64,000 nucleotides of DNA. Origin: Patescibacteria group bacterium. GTDB lineage: Bacteria; Patescibacteriota; Minisyncoccia; Minisyncoccales; JAHCRE01. Location of the stretch: assembly GCA_020148055.1 (NCBI GenBank), contig JAHCRF010000001.1, positions 5,378 through 69,377 of the forward strand. The letters are read 5' to 3'. Positions 26,741 through 36,272 of the stretch are shown here, one piece after another. Under the pieces are notes generated by a model. That model worked only from the letters and a program-made list of their open reading frames with translations, was not told the origin of the DNA and did not search any database. The position numbers and the translations under genes were made by a program. Position 1 is the first letter of the stretch. The number at the start of each line of letters is the position of its first letter.

Positions 26741-28720
26741 ATGATGGTTTTAATAATTACTTCGATATCTGGTCTTATTTCGATTTCTGTAGCAGTCTAT
26801 CTATTTTTTTACATTGTCGGACAGGAAAAAGGGACTAAAAGAATGATTGAAATCTCTGAAGCTATAAAAGAAGGAGCCAATGCTTATTTAAAGAGACAAA
26901 ATAAGAGTTTGGCAATTTTCGTATTGATAATGGCTATTTTGCTTGGAATTTTGTTAGGTTTTAAAGTTGCTCTAGCTTATATTTTTGGGACAATTTGTAC
27001 GGCAATAGCTAGTTTTTTTGGGATGGCAGCTGCGATTAATGCTAATGTCAGAACAACTCATGCCGCCAGAAGAAGTTTAGGCGATGCTTTCAAAGTTTCT
27101 TTTTATGGTGGAGCAATTATGGGGATATCGATTGTCGGGATGGCATTACTTGGAATAAGCATTCTCTATTTCATTTTCGGACCAGAAGGGTTAGATATTA
27201 TTTTGGGTTTTAGTTTCGGAGCGTCTGCCTTAGCCCTTTTTGCTAAAGCAGGCGGTGGAATCTATACAAAAACTGCTGATATTGGAGCAGATTTAGTTGG
27301 GAAAGTGGAATTAGGGATTCCTGAAGATGATCCAAGGAATCCAGCCGTCATTGCTGATAATGTTGGTGATAATGTTGGTGATGTAGCTGGGATGGGGGCT
27401 GATTTAATCGATTCTTATATTGCTTGTCTAATAGCAGCAATGATTTTAGGGAAGAGCTTGGGGATTAATTTTGTTTTACTCCCTCTTTTGATGGGAGCGG
27501 TGGGAATATTCTCTTCTTTAATCGGAATGTTTTTTGTCAAAATTAAAAAGAAAAATCCCGGAACGGCTTTAAATAAGGGAACCTTTTCAACCTGTTTTTT
27601 CTTTGCCATTTTGATATTCTTTCTAATTCATTTTTTAGGATTTTCGAACGAAGGGTTGAAGATTTTCTTCGCTATTCTTTCAGGATTGATTGCTGGAATA
27701 ATAATTGGGATCGCTACTAATTACTTCACTTCAATTGATAAAAAGCCGGTTTTAAAAACGGCTGAAGCGGCAAAAACAGGGGCAGCAATAAATATTTTAT
27801 CAGGATTTTCTTATGGTTTAATTAGTGTTTTACCACCAGTAATCGGAATTTGTGCTGCTATTTTAATTTCTTTTCATTTAGTCGGGATTTATGGAATTTC
27901 AATTTCAGCTGTTGGAATGCTATCTATTGTGGGGACGATAATTTCAGCTGATGCTTACGGACCCATTGTTGACAATGCCAAAGGAATCGCTGAGCAATCA
28001 GGTCTTGGAGAAAAAGTAATAAAAATAACTGATAGATTGGATGCTGCTGGTAATACTTCAAAAGCAATCACTAAAGGTTTTGCAATTGGAGCTGCCGCTT
28101 TAACTGTTCTTTCTCTTTTCGCCGCCTATTCCAAATTAGTTGGAATTGAAAGCTTGGATTTAATGAAACCCGATGTCATGGTTGGAGTTTTCATTGGCGC
28201 TATCACTCCACCATTTTTATCAGCTCTTTTAATTTTAGCAGTTCAAAGAAACGCTGGTAGAATGATTACTGAGGTTAGAAGACAATTTAAAGAAATTCCA
28301 GGCCTGATGGAAGGAAAGGTGAGACCTGATTATGCAAGATGTGTTGATATCGCTACAAAAGGAGCTTTAAAAGAATTAATCTTGCCTTGTCTTTTGACAA
28401 TAATTTTTCCTTTAGCTGTTGGCTTTTTGCTTGGAAAATATGCTTTAGGAGGGTTTTTAGGAGGAAGTATTTTTACTGGGATAATTTTTGCTTTATTAAT
28501 GGCAAACTCAGGAGGAGCCTGGGACAATGCTAAGAAATACATTGAAAAAGGGAACTTTGGGGGAAAAGGTTCAGAAGTCCATAAAGCAGCTATGATCGGA
28601 GATTTAGTTGGGGATCCATTTAAAGATACAGCCGGTCCTACCATTAACACTTTAATTACTGTTATGTCTTTAGTGGCTACTATTTTTGCACCTTTAATTA
28701 TAAAATATGCCCTATTTTGA
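26741..28720 (+). CDS. hppA: membrane-bound proton/sodium-translocating pyrophosphatase
   Basis: Signature GGIYTKTADIGADLVGKVE ... DNVGDNVGDVAGMGADL; about 15 TM helices. 659 aa. Confidence 0.9.
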   Translation: MMVLIITSISGLISISVAVYLFFYIVGQEKGTKRMIEISEAIKEGANAYLKRQNKSLAIFVLIMAILLGILLGFKVALAYIFGTICTAIASFFGMAAAINANVRTTHAARRSLGDAFKVSFYGGAIMGISIVGMALLGISILYFIFGPEGLDIILGFSFGASALALFAKAGGGIYTKTADIGADLVGKVELGIPEDDPRNPAVIADNVGDNVGDVAGMGADLIDSYIACLIAAMILGKSLGINFVLLPLLMGAVGIFSSLIGMFFVKIKKKNPGTALNKGTFSTCFFFAILIFFLIHFLGFSNEGLKIFFAILSGLIAGIIIGIATNYFTSIDKKPVLKTAEAAKTGAAINILSGFSYGLISVLPPVIGICAAILISFHLVGIYGISISAVGMLSIVGTIISADAYGPIVDNAKGIAEQSGLGEKVIKITDRLDAAGNTSKAITKGFAIGAAALTVLSLFAAYSKLVGIESLDLMKPDVMVGVFIGAITPPFLSALLILAVQRNAGRMITEVRRQFKEIPGLMEGKVRPDYARCVDIATKGALKELILPCLLTIIFPLAVGFLLGKYALGGFLGGSIFTGIIFALLMANSGGAWDNAKKYIEKGNFGGKGSEVHKAAMIGDLVGDPFKDTAGPTINTLITVMSLVATIFAPLIIKYALF

Positions 28721-28738
28721 TAATAAGTCCTAATCCAG

Positions 28739-30025
28739 ATGAAAACTTCTATTAAAAAATTACCAGAATCTCAAGCCGAGATCTTGTTTGAGATTCCGGC
28801 CGAAGAATTTAAAGATTTTATTGAAAAGACAATTTCTAATTTAGCTAAAGATTTGGAGATTGAAGGATTTCGTAAAGGTCAGGCACCTAAAGAAATTGTC
28901 ATTAAGAAAATTGGTCAGGAAAAAATTCTAGCTTCAGCTGTCCAATTAGCTGTTAGAAAAAATTATCTTCAGACAATCTCTCAATTGGCAGACGAAATTG
29001 AAGTTATTTCTCAGCCAGGAATTAAGATTTTATCTGAACCTAGTTTTGATAAGGGACTAATTTTTAAAGCCCAATTTTCAGTTATGCCTAAAATTAATTT
29101 ACCAGATTATAAAAAAATTGCTTCTGAAAATAAAAAAAAGGAAGTTTCTATAAAAGAAAAAGAAGTTGAGGATGCGCTTTCATGGCTTCAAAAATCTCGG
29201 GCAAAATTTATTTTTAAAAACCAGCCAGCCGAGAAAAGAGATTTTGTCGAAATTGAATTTAGCTCCCCTCAAATTGAAGGAAATCTTAAAAGACATGATA
29301 GCTTTATTTTAGGTCAAGGAAGTTTTATTAAAGGTTTTGAGGAGAATTTAGACAAGATGTCAGCTGGTCAGGAAAAAGAATTTTCTTTAATCTTTCCGAA
29401 AAATCATTTTCGAAAAGATTTAGCCGGAAAAAAAGTTCATTTTAAAGTGAAAATGAAGTCTGTTCAGACAGTCATCTTTCCAGAAATTAATGACCAATTT
29501 GCTAAAAATTTAGGTCGTTTTGAGAACCTGACTGCTTTAAAAAAAAGTATTAAAGAGGGATTAAAAACAGAGAAGGAAAAACATGAATCTCAAAGGATTC
29601 GTCAGAAGATTTTAGAAAAAATAGCCCAAAAAACAAAATTAGAAATTCCGGAAATTTTAATTACAGCGGAGAAAAAGAGAATGGCAGATAGTTTTAAAAA
29701 ATTAGTTTCAGAGAAACTTAAAATTTCTTTTGAGGATTATTTAACTAAAATTAAAAAGACCGAAAAACAGCTTTTGGATACTTTTTCTTCTGAGTCTGAA
29801 AGGAAAATCAAATATTCTTTAGTTTTAAGGAAAATCTCAAAGATAGAAAAAATTGGAGTTTCTGAAGAAGAGATAAAAACTGAGATAAATAAAATTTTAA
29901 AAAATTATCCAGAAATTAAGAAAGCCGAAAAAGAACTTGATTTAGAGAAGTTAAAAAGTTATTATAAAGAAGTGATACGAAACGAAAAAACTCTAAAGTT
30001 TTTAGAAAATTTATCAAAAAAATAA
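28739..30025 (+). CDS. tig: trigger factor
   Basis: 428 aa with N-terminal ribosome-binding domain and a PPIase-like middle domain. Located upstream of clpP. Confidence 0.85.
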   Translation: MKTSIKKLPESQAEILFEIPAEEFKDFIEKTISNLAKDLEIEGFRKGQAPKEIVIKKIGQEKILASAVQLAVRKNYLQTISQLADEIEVISQPGIKILSEPSFDKGLIFKAQFSVMPKINLPDYKKIASENKKKEVSIKEKEVEDALSWLQKSRAKFIFKNQPAEKRDFVEIEFSSPQIEGNLKRHDSFILGQGSFIKGFEENLDKMSAGQEKEFSLIFPKNHFRKDLAGKKVHFKVKMKSVQTVIFPEINDQFAKNLGRFENLTALKKSIKEGLKTEKEKHESQRIRQKILEKIAQKTKLEIPEILITAEKKRMADSFKKLVSEKLKISFEDYLTKIKKTEKQLLDTFSSESERKIKYSLVLRKISKIEKIGVSEEEIKTEINKILKNYPEIKKAEKELDLEKLKSYYKEVIRNEKTLKFLENLSKK

Positions 30026-30029
30026 ACTT

Positions 30030-30617
30030 ATGGCTCTCATTCCAACTGTCATTGAAAAAACTCGATATGGAGAAAAGGCCTATGATATTTATTCTCGACT
30101 TTTAAAAGATAGAATCATTTTTTTAGCTGGTCCAATTATTGATCCAGTGGCTAATTCGATTATTGCCCAGATGTTATATTTAGCCGCTAAAGATCCCAAG
30201 AAAGAAATCAAGTTTTATATTAATAGCCCCGGAGGAATATTAACTTCTGCTTTAGCCATTTACGATACTATCCAATATGTGAAATGTCCGGTTTCGACTG
30301 TCTGTGTGGGGGCAGCTGGTTCAGGAGCAGCGGTTTTACTAGCAGCTGGTGCTAAAGGAAAGAGATTTGCCTTGCCTAACGCCGAAATTTTACTCCATCA
30401 GGTAGCTGTTAGTGGTTTAGGTGGGCAAGCAGTAGAAGTTGAAATCGCTGCTAAACAAATTGTGAAATTAAAGAATAAAATAAACAAAATTTTAGCCAAA
30501 CACACCGGTCAACCCTTAGAAAAACTTGAAAAGGATACTGATCGCGACTTTTATTTGTCAGCCGAGAAAGCAAAAGAATACGGAATCATCGATGAAGTAA
30601 TTAAGACAAAAGAATAA
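30030..30617 (+). CDS. clpP: ATP-dependent Clp protease proteolytic subunit
   Basis: Catalytic-site context [13 protein letters not shown] ... [21 protein letters not shown]. 195 aa. Confidence 0.9.
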   Translation: MALIPTVIEKTRYGEKAYDIYSRLLKDRIIFLAGPIIDPVANSIIAQMLYLAAKDPKKEIKFYINSPGGILTSALAIYDTIQYVKCPVSTVCVGAAGSGAAVLLAAGAKGKRFALPNAEILLHQVAVSGLGGQAVEVEIAAKQIVKLKNKINKILAKHTGQPLEKLEKDTDRDFYLSAEKAKEYGIIDEVIKTKE

Positions 30618-30623
30618 GTTTTG

Positions 30624-30652
30624 GAGGACAGTCTCAGGACTGTCCATTTTAC
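30624..30652 (+). terminator. hairpin terminator after clpP
   Basis: GGACAGTC-TCAG-GACTGTCC followed by ATTTT. Confidence 0.45.
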
Positions 30653-30662
30653 TTTCTAAAAT

Positions 30663-31190
30663 ATGCTAAAACTTTTAAGAAATAAAATTCAATCATTAAC
30701 CGAGACCCAGGTTAATATCCTAACAGCAATATTGGTTTTAATTAATCTTGGAATTGTCATTTTCTGGATTAATTTCTGGGTCAGTTTACCAAAAACGACT
30801 TCACCACCAATAGAGGAAAAGCCCGCCTCCTTAGTTGGAGAAATTCCCGAAGAGTTAAAACCAGGAGAAATTGGTGAACCAGAAGAAGGAGAAGGGCCGC
30901 TGGTTGAATTACCGTCAGTTATTTCTAATACTTCAGGTACTATCAAGGAAATACAAAAAGATAGATTAATAATCTTAGGTGATGGTTCAAATTTTTCAGA
31001 TCAAAAAGAAAGAGAACTGACTTTAATTTTCACTAATTCAACTATTACCTTTGAGCCGGGCCAAAAAATTAGATATCAGGCTCTTGAAAGTTTAAAATAT
31101 TTGAAAATCGGTGATTTAATAACTATTTCCTCTCCAGAAAACATCCGAGGCAAAACAGAATTTATAGTCAATTATATTAATAAACTTTAA
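30663..31190 (+). CDS. hypothetical membrane-anchored protein with acidic Pro/Glu linker
   Basis: N-terminal TM, then EEKPASLVGEIPEELKPGEIGEPEEGEGP linker, then a C-terminal domain without motifs. Confidence 0.4.
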   Translation: MLKLLRNKIQSLTETQVNILTAILVLINLGIVIFWINFWVSLPKTTSPPIEEKPASLVGEIPEELKPGEIGEPEEGEGPLVELPSVISNTSGTIKEIQKDRLIILGDGSNFSDQKERELTLIFTNSTITFEPGQKIRYQALESLKYLKIGDLITISSPENIRGKTEFIVNYINKL

Positions 31191-31335
31191 TCCTAAATTA
31201 GTAAAATTCCTAAGTTGCTCTGCTTTGAATTCACAATAAATGATAAGGAAAAGAGTCCGGTCTATCTTTATAAATACAAAGAAGGAACTTTTCTTAAAAT
31301 TTGATAGGTTTGATATAATAAATTAACTGTTTAGT

Positions 31336-32751
31336 TTGAAGTTTCGGACAATATTTTTCACTATGTCTAAAAAAATTTTTATTTTTTTAATAATAATTCT
31401 TCTGATAGCTTTTGGTTTTCTGATTTTTAATTTTAGAAAGGCTAAAGAAATTGGAGCCTTTGCTGACGGCCAAAATGCTTGGGGCTGGGCCTGGTCGGAA
31501 AAGATTGGCTGGATTAGTTTTAATAATACAACAGGTGGTGGGGCAATAGATTATGGAGTAAATATTGATCCTGCAACTGGCAATTTAACTGAGTATGCCT
31601 GGTCGCGAGGAACTACTGCTGATGTAGGAGGAATTGGCTGGATTAGTTTTAATCCAGCCGGTCCTTATCCAGAAGCCCCCGATTATTCCGCTTGTCTGGA
31701 TTTACCAGGAGCTGGTCAGGTTTGCGATGGTGTTGGAGATTGGACAGTTTCTGGTTGGGCAAGGGCTTATCGGCCAATAGAACCAGGAGGTCAGACCCTT
31801 GGTGGTTGGGAGGGTTGGATAAAAATGAGAGGGACTGCCCAAGACACAACTCCTTATGGAGTTTGGCTTGAAGCTACTGGTGTCCCTGATGAATATGAAT
31901 TTCGGGGCTGGGCCTGGGGAGGAGACCCCGATGTTGATCCAGAGGCAATCACTGGCTGGATTAGTTTTAATTGTAATAATCCTGAAACAGGAGATGTCTG
32001 TGGAACTTCAAATTACAAAGTAATGGCTTCTCTTGCTTTTGCCCCACCTAATCAGCTACCCTATGTTGAATCAGTGCTGCTTGATGGAGAAAATTACTGT
32101 AATATTAATCCAGGAGTTGGCCGGGTTGGATTCAAATGGACTTACCAGGATGATGATGGTGATAATCAATCTCAATATCATCTTCAGGTATTTGACCCGT
32201 TTCAGGTTTTGGTTGTGGATTCTATTAATCCTCAAAGTGTTTCTCCTGGTGGGACAGGGACTTCAGCTGTCTCAGTGGTTGATAACCCTACTGGTGATAC
32301 TTCTGATTTAGATATTGACTATGATGTTATCCCTGGCACTCCTACTACTTATTCTTGGCGAGTAAGAGCTCAGGCAGCAACAGGAAATCTAAATTGGTCT
32401 GACTGGGAACCAGGTCCAGATTTTACTACTCCTAAACATGCCTGGCCCTGGATTGATTTTGACTGGTCTCCTCAATTTGCAAGCGTTGATGAGGTTGTTC
32501 AATTCGCTGACCAATCAACTGTTTATGGTGGCGCTATTAAAGCTGCCTGGAATTGGGTATTTCCAGGAGATTGGGGATTTGAAGTAGGTAGTGACCCCTC
32601 TAGTCAAAATCCTTCTGGTAGATTTACAACCTCAGGCGAGAAAACTGTTTCTTTAACCGTGACTGATTCAGATGGTTTTGCCTGCACTGATTCCAAGAGT
32701 ATAAACGTTTCCCTTCCTCTTCCTGAATGGAAAGAGATTCCGCCTTATTAG
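31336..32751 (+). CDS. membrane-anchored surface protein with three WxW...GWISFN repeats and C-terminal Ig-like/PKD domains
   Basis: N-terminal TM. Repeats WGWAWSEKIGWISFN, YAWSRG...GGIGWISFN and RGWAWGG...ITGWISFN. C-terminal PKD-like segment (TVSLTVTDSDGFACTD). Confidence 0.5.
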   Translation: MKFRTIFFTMSKKIFIFLIIILLIAFGFLIFNFRKAKEIGAFADGQNAWGWAWSEKIGWISFNNTTGGGAIDYGVNIDPATGNLTEYAWSRGTTADVGGIGWISFNPAGPYPEAPDYSACLDLPGAGQVCDGVGDWTVSGWARAYRPIEPGGQTLGGWEGWIKMRGTAQDTTPYGVWLEATGVPDEYEFRGWAWGGDPDVDPEAITGWISFNCNNPETGDVCGTSNYKVMASLAFAPPNQLPYVESVLLDGENYCNINPGVGRVGFKWTYQDDDGDNQSQYHLQVFDPFQVLVVDSINPQSVSPGGTGTSAVSVVDNPTGDTSDLDIDYDVIPGTPTTYSWRVRAQAATGNLNWSDWEPGPDFTTPKHAWPWIDFDWSPQFASVDEVVQFADQSTVYGGAIKAAWNWVFPGDWGFEVGSDPSSQNPSGRFTTSGEKTVSLTVTDSDGFACTDSKSINVSLPLPEWKEIPPY

Positions 32752-32887
32752 ATTTATAGAAGCAAATTTATCCCACACCAGGATAAATTCGGTGCGAGGT
32801 AGGCGCGGATATTAACGCGGAAGAAGATGGAGAATATTTTTCAGTCCCTTACCAGGGGATTTTTATATTTCTGATTTTTTTAAAAAT

Positions 32888-32916
32888 TTGACAGTAAGAA
32901 ATTTATTTGTTAAAAT
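32888..32916 (+). promoter_or_regulatory. sigma70-type promoter upstream of rny
   Basis: TTGACA - 17 nt - TAAAAT. Confidence 0.4.
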
Positions 32917-33011
32917 TTTAGAAGGATTAATAATCTTGAATTTTGGATCTATTCGGCATAAAAATTAAAATTTGGTTAATATGTTGAATCACCAATTTTT
33001 CATTTCAAAAT

Positions 33012-34541
33012 ATGAATCAATTAATTTTACTTTTAGTAGGAATTTTTTCTTTGGGAATGGGAGCAATTTTAGGGTATTTCGCCCGTCAATCAATTGCCAA
33101 ACGAGATTATGCAAATATCGAAGCAAAAATCCAAAAAAGGATTTCCCAGTGTAAGGCTGAGACCGAGGCAATTTTAACAAAGGCAAAGCAAAAGGCCTTA
33201 AAAATAATTGAATCGGCCAAAAAAGAGATAGATCAAAGACGTGAGAAGCTTTTTAAAACTGAAAAACTTTTATTGAAAAGGGAGAATATTTTAGATGAGA
33301 GAATTTCTAATCTCGAGCAAAGAAAAAAGGAATTTCATCAGAAAGTTGAAAAACTTAGAAGGATAAAAGAAACCTTAGAAAATTTAGGAAAAGAGGCCCA
33401 GGGAAATTTGGAAAAAATTTCCGGATTTTCTAAAGAGGAAGCAAAAAAAGAACTATTCCAAAATCTCGAGAGAGAATATCAAAAGGAAATTTTAGAAAGA
33501 ATGAGAAAATTGGAATCAGATGGTTGGAAGAGGTTTGAGAGAAAAGCCAAGGAATTATTGGCTTTAGCAATCCAAAAGTGTGGTCTTTCACAGGCTCAGG
33601 AAATAACCACTACAATTGTGAACCTACCCTCTGAAGAAATTAAGGGAAGAATAATCGGTAAAGAGGGAAGAAATATTAGGACCTTGGAGAAATTGACTGG
33701 AGCGGAGATATTAGTGGATGATACTCCTGAAATCGTGATCGTATCTGCCTTCGATCCAATCAGACGGCAGATTGCTAAAACTGCCCTGGAGAAATTAATT
33801 CGAGATGGAAGAATCCAACCAGCTAGAATTGAAGAAATGGTTTCAAAGGCTACATCTGAGATAAATTCTCAAATTAAAAAAGCTGGGGAGCAGGCTGTCT
33901 ATGATACAGGAGTGATTGGTCTCCATCCGAAGTTGGTTCAATTGTTAGGAAGATTAAACTTTCGAACAAGTTATGGCCAGAATGTTTTGCTCCATTCAAT
34001 TGAAGTCGCCCATTTAGCTGCCGCATTAGCTTCAGAGCTAGGAGCAAATTCTCAAGTTGCTCTAAAAGCTGGTCTCTTACATGACATTGGTAAGGCAGTC
34101 GATTATCAGATTCAGGGTTCTCATGTTGATATCGGAATAAAAATCTTGGAGAGATTTGGGATAGAGAAAGAGGTAACTTCGGCTATGAAAGCTCACCATG
34201 AAGAATATCCTTATGAAAGTTTAGAAGCTATTTTAGTTCAGACAGCTGATCAAATTTCAGGGGCCAGGCCAGGGGCGAGAAAAGAAAGCTTAGAGAATTA
34301 TCTAAAAAGATTGACTGAATTAGAAACTATTGCTACTTCTTTTTCTGGGATTAGAAAGGCTTATGCCATTCAGGCTGGAAGAGAACTAAGGGTTTTTGTT
34401 AAACCTGAAGAAATTAATGACCTGGAGGCAAAAAAATTAGCCCGGGAAATTGCTGATAGAGTTGAGACTGAGCTAAAATATCCCGGAGAAATTAAGGTCA
34501 ATGTAATTAGAGAAAGCCGAGTAATTGAATACGCAAGATAA
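33012..34541 (+). CDS. rny: ribonuclease Y
   Basis: N-terminal TM, coiled-coil, KH domain (IIGKEGRNIRTLEKLTGAEILVDD) and HD domain (LLHDIGKAVD). 509 aa. Confidence 0.9.
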   Translation: MNQLILLLVGIFSLGMGAILGYFARQSIAKRDYANIEAKIQKRISQCKAETEAILTKAKQKALKIIESAKKEIDQRREKLFKTEKLLLKRENILDERISNLEQRKKEFHQKVEKLRRIKETLENLGKEAQGNLEKISGFSKEEAKKELFQNLEREYQKEILERMRKLESDGWKRFERKAKELLALAIQKCGLSQAQEITTTIVNLPSEEIKGRIIGKEGRNIRTLEKLTGAEILVDDTPEIVIVSAFDPIRRQIAKTALEKLIRDGRIQPARIEEMVSKATSEINSQIKKAGEQAVYDTGVIGLHPKLVQLLGRLNFRTSYGQNVLLHSIEVAHLAAALASELGANSQVALKAGLLHDIGKAVDYQIQGSHVDIGIKILERFGIEKEVTSAMKAHHEEYPYESLEAILVQTADQISGARPGARKESLENYLKRLTELETIATSFSGIRKAYAIQAGRELRVFVKPEEINDLEAKKLAREIADRVETELKYPGEIKVNVIRESRVIEYAR

Positions 34542-34587
34542 ATTCCATTATTTCAAAAAGCCCTTTTATGAGGGCTTTTTTGATTTG

Positions 34588-34659
34588 AGCGGGTGATGGG
34601 AATCGAACCCACGTACGCGGCTTGGAAGGCCACTGCACTGACCACTGTGCTACACCCGC
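34588..34659 (-). tRNA. tRNA-Gly (anticodon UCC)
   Basis: Acceptor GCGGGTG/CACCCGC, anticodon stem GTGGC/GCCGC, loop CUUCCAA, T-loop GGTTCGATTCC. Confidence 0.85.
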
Positions 34660-34674
34660 AAATTTAATTTTTTG

Positions 34675-34745
34675 TCGGGGCACCCAGATTCGAACTGGGA
34701 CTAAATCCTCCCAAAGGACTCGTGCTACCGTTACACCATGCCCCG
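34675..34745 (-). tRNA. tRNA-Pro (anticodon UGG)
   Basis: Acceptor CGGGGCA/TGCCCCG, anticodon stem AGTCC/GGATT, loop UUUGGGA, T-arm CCCAG-TTCGAAT-CTGGG. Confidence 0.85.
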
Positions 34746-34825
34746 TCCTCTTCAACATATCAAGATTTCTCTTCCTAGTCAATTTATTTTGCTTGTTCTT
34801 TTTTAAATGTGCTATAATAAAAGTG

Positions 34826-35767
34826 ATGAAGCTCAAAAAAATTCTTCATCAATTAAATATTCCTGCTCAGTGTCGAAGATACAGAGTTCCCCTTTGGCAG
34901 TGCCCTCAATTTCTCTTTCCAATTATGGGAATAGTTATTATTGGGGCAGCTGTTATCGCTTATCTAATTGGTACTCGTTATATCAAAGACCCGGAAATAA
35001 TTGCCTTAATTGTCCTTATCTCAAGTGGTGTTTTGTTTATTCTCACTTACATTATTACCATTTCTTTTGAAAGATTGGCTGAAGTCAGCCGGATGAAGTC
35101 GGAATTTATTAGCATTGTCTCTCATCAATTACGCTCCCCAATTACTAATTTAAGTTGGGCAATTGATATTTTAATGTCCAGAGGGTTGAGGGGGGCTGAA
35201 AAAAAACAACTGGAATATTTTAAGATTTTAAAAGAAAATAGTGGTCGGATGAAGGAATTAGTCCAGGATTTACTTGATGTCCTGAGAATTGAGGAAGGTA
35301 GTTTATTAATTAGAAAAGAAAAGATTTCTTTAGTAGAAATAGTTAAGAGTTTGATTTTTAAATTCCAGCCTTTTGCCCTGAGTTCAAATGTCGAGATAAA
35401 ATTTGATTTTGATAAAAACCTACCAGAAATCTTTACCGATTCTCATCAGATAAAAGTGGTTATTGAGAATCTTTTAGATAATGCTATCCGTTATATTAAG
35501 AGAAAGGGTGAAGTTAAGATTCGTTTAAGAAAAAAGGAAAACGAGGTCCTTTTCGAAATTAAAGACAATGGGGTTGGTATTCCTGAAGAAGATCAGAAAT
35601 ATATTTTTCAGAAATTCTTCCGTTCAAAAAGTGGAACAAAGCAGCAAGGGAGTGGTCTTGGTCTTTTTATCACCAAATCAATTATTGAGAGATTGGGAGG
35701 AAAAATTTGGTTTGAATCCGAGGAAGGAAGGGGGACAACTTTTTGGTTCACTTTACCAATTAAATAA
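34826..35767 (+). CDS. sensor histidine kinase (two TM, HisKA + HATPase_c)
   Basis: H-box SIVSHQLRSPIT and G-box DNGVGIPEE...GSGLGLFI. The supplied ORF begins inside two minus-strand tRNA genes, so the start is moved to ATG 34826 (MKLKKILHQ). Confidence 0.8.
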   Translation: MKLKKILHQLNIPAQCRRYRVPLWQCPQFLFPIMGIVIIGAAVIAYLIGTRYIKDPEIIALIVLISSGVLFILTYIITISFERLAEVSRMKSEFISIVSHQLRSPITNLSWAIDILMSRGLRGAEKKQLEYFKILKENSGRMKELVQDLLDVLRIEEGSLLIRKEKISLVEIVKSLIFKFQPFALSSNVEIKFDFDKNLPEIFTDSHQIKVVIENLLDNAIRYIKRKGEVKIRLRKKENEVLFEIKDNGVGIPEEDQKYIFQKFFRSKSGTKQQGSGLGLFITKSIIERLGGKIWFESEEGRGTTFWFTLPIK

Positions 35768-35877
35768 ATTGTTCGGAAAGATAATTTTTGGTACCTACTT
35801 TTTCATTTAACCAAGCCGGACATCGTGCCTGCTTAGCTTAGTAGTCTCAAAAATTACTTTCCTGCTTTTACTAATTT

Positions 35878-36252
35878 ATGCCAAAAACTATATTATTTAT
35901 TGAAGATGAGTCGTCTCTTCAAGAAACTTTTAGAGGTATTTTAATAAGGGAAGGCTATGAAATGATTTCAGCTATGGATGGAGAAGAAGGCCTGAAATTA
36001 GCAAAAACTGAAAAACCAGATTTAATCCTCTTAGACCTTATTCTACCAAAAATTGATGGTTTTAAAGTTCTGAAGAGATTAAAAGAGGATCCCGAAACAA
36101 AAAAAACTCCAGTCATTATTTTAACCAATCTTGAAGATGTAGAGAATGTGAATAAAGCTCTTGAATTAGGAGCAACAACTTACTTAGTTAAGGCAAGTTA
36201 TAGCCCGGAAGAAATATTGGAAAAAATTAGAAGAATCTTAGGAGAACGCTAA
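35878..36252 (+). CDS. single-domain response regulator (CheY/PilH-like receiver)
   Basis: REC domain with phospho-acceptor context LILLDLILPKIDG. 124 aa and no output domain. Confidence 0.8.
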   Translation: MPKTILFIEDESSLQETFRGILIREGYEMISAMDGEEGLKLAKTEKPDLILLDLILPKIDGFKVLKRLKEDPETKKTPVIILTNLEDVENVNKALELGATTYLVKASYSPEEILEKIRRILGER

Positions 36253-36272
36253 AAAATTTTATAAGCCAAAAT

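Noticed and set aside
32765-32870. GC-rich segment after the repeat-protein gene, considered as SRP RNA or another ncRNA
   Set aside because: It does not contain the conserved SRP domain IV motifs I would expect (GGAAGCAGC and an AGGUCAGG-type block). Only short hairpins are present, so it is left unannotated.
34507-34836. 109-aa minus-strand ORF, and the first 68 codons of the 381-aa plus-strand ORF
   Set aside because: Both run through tRNA-Gly(UCC) and tRNA-Pro(UGG). The histidine kinase start was moved to ATG 34826.
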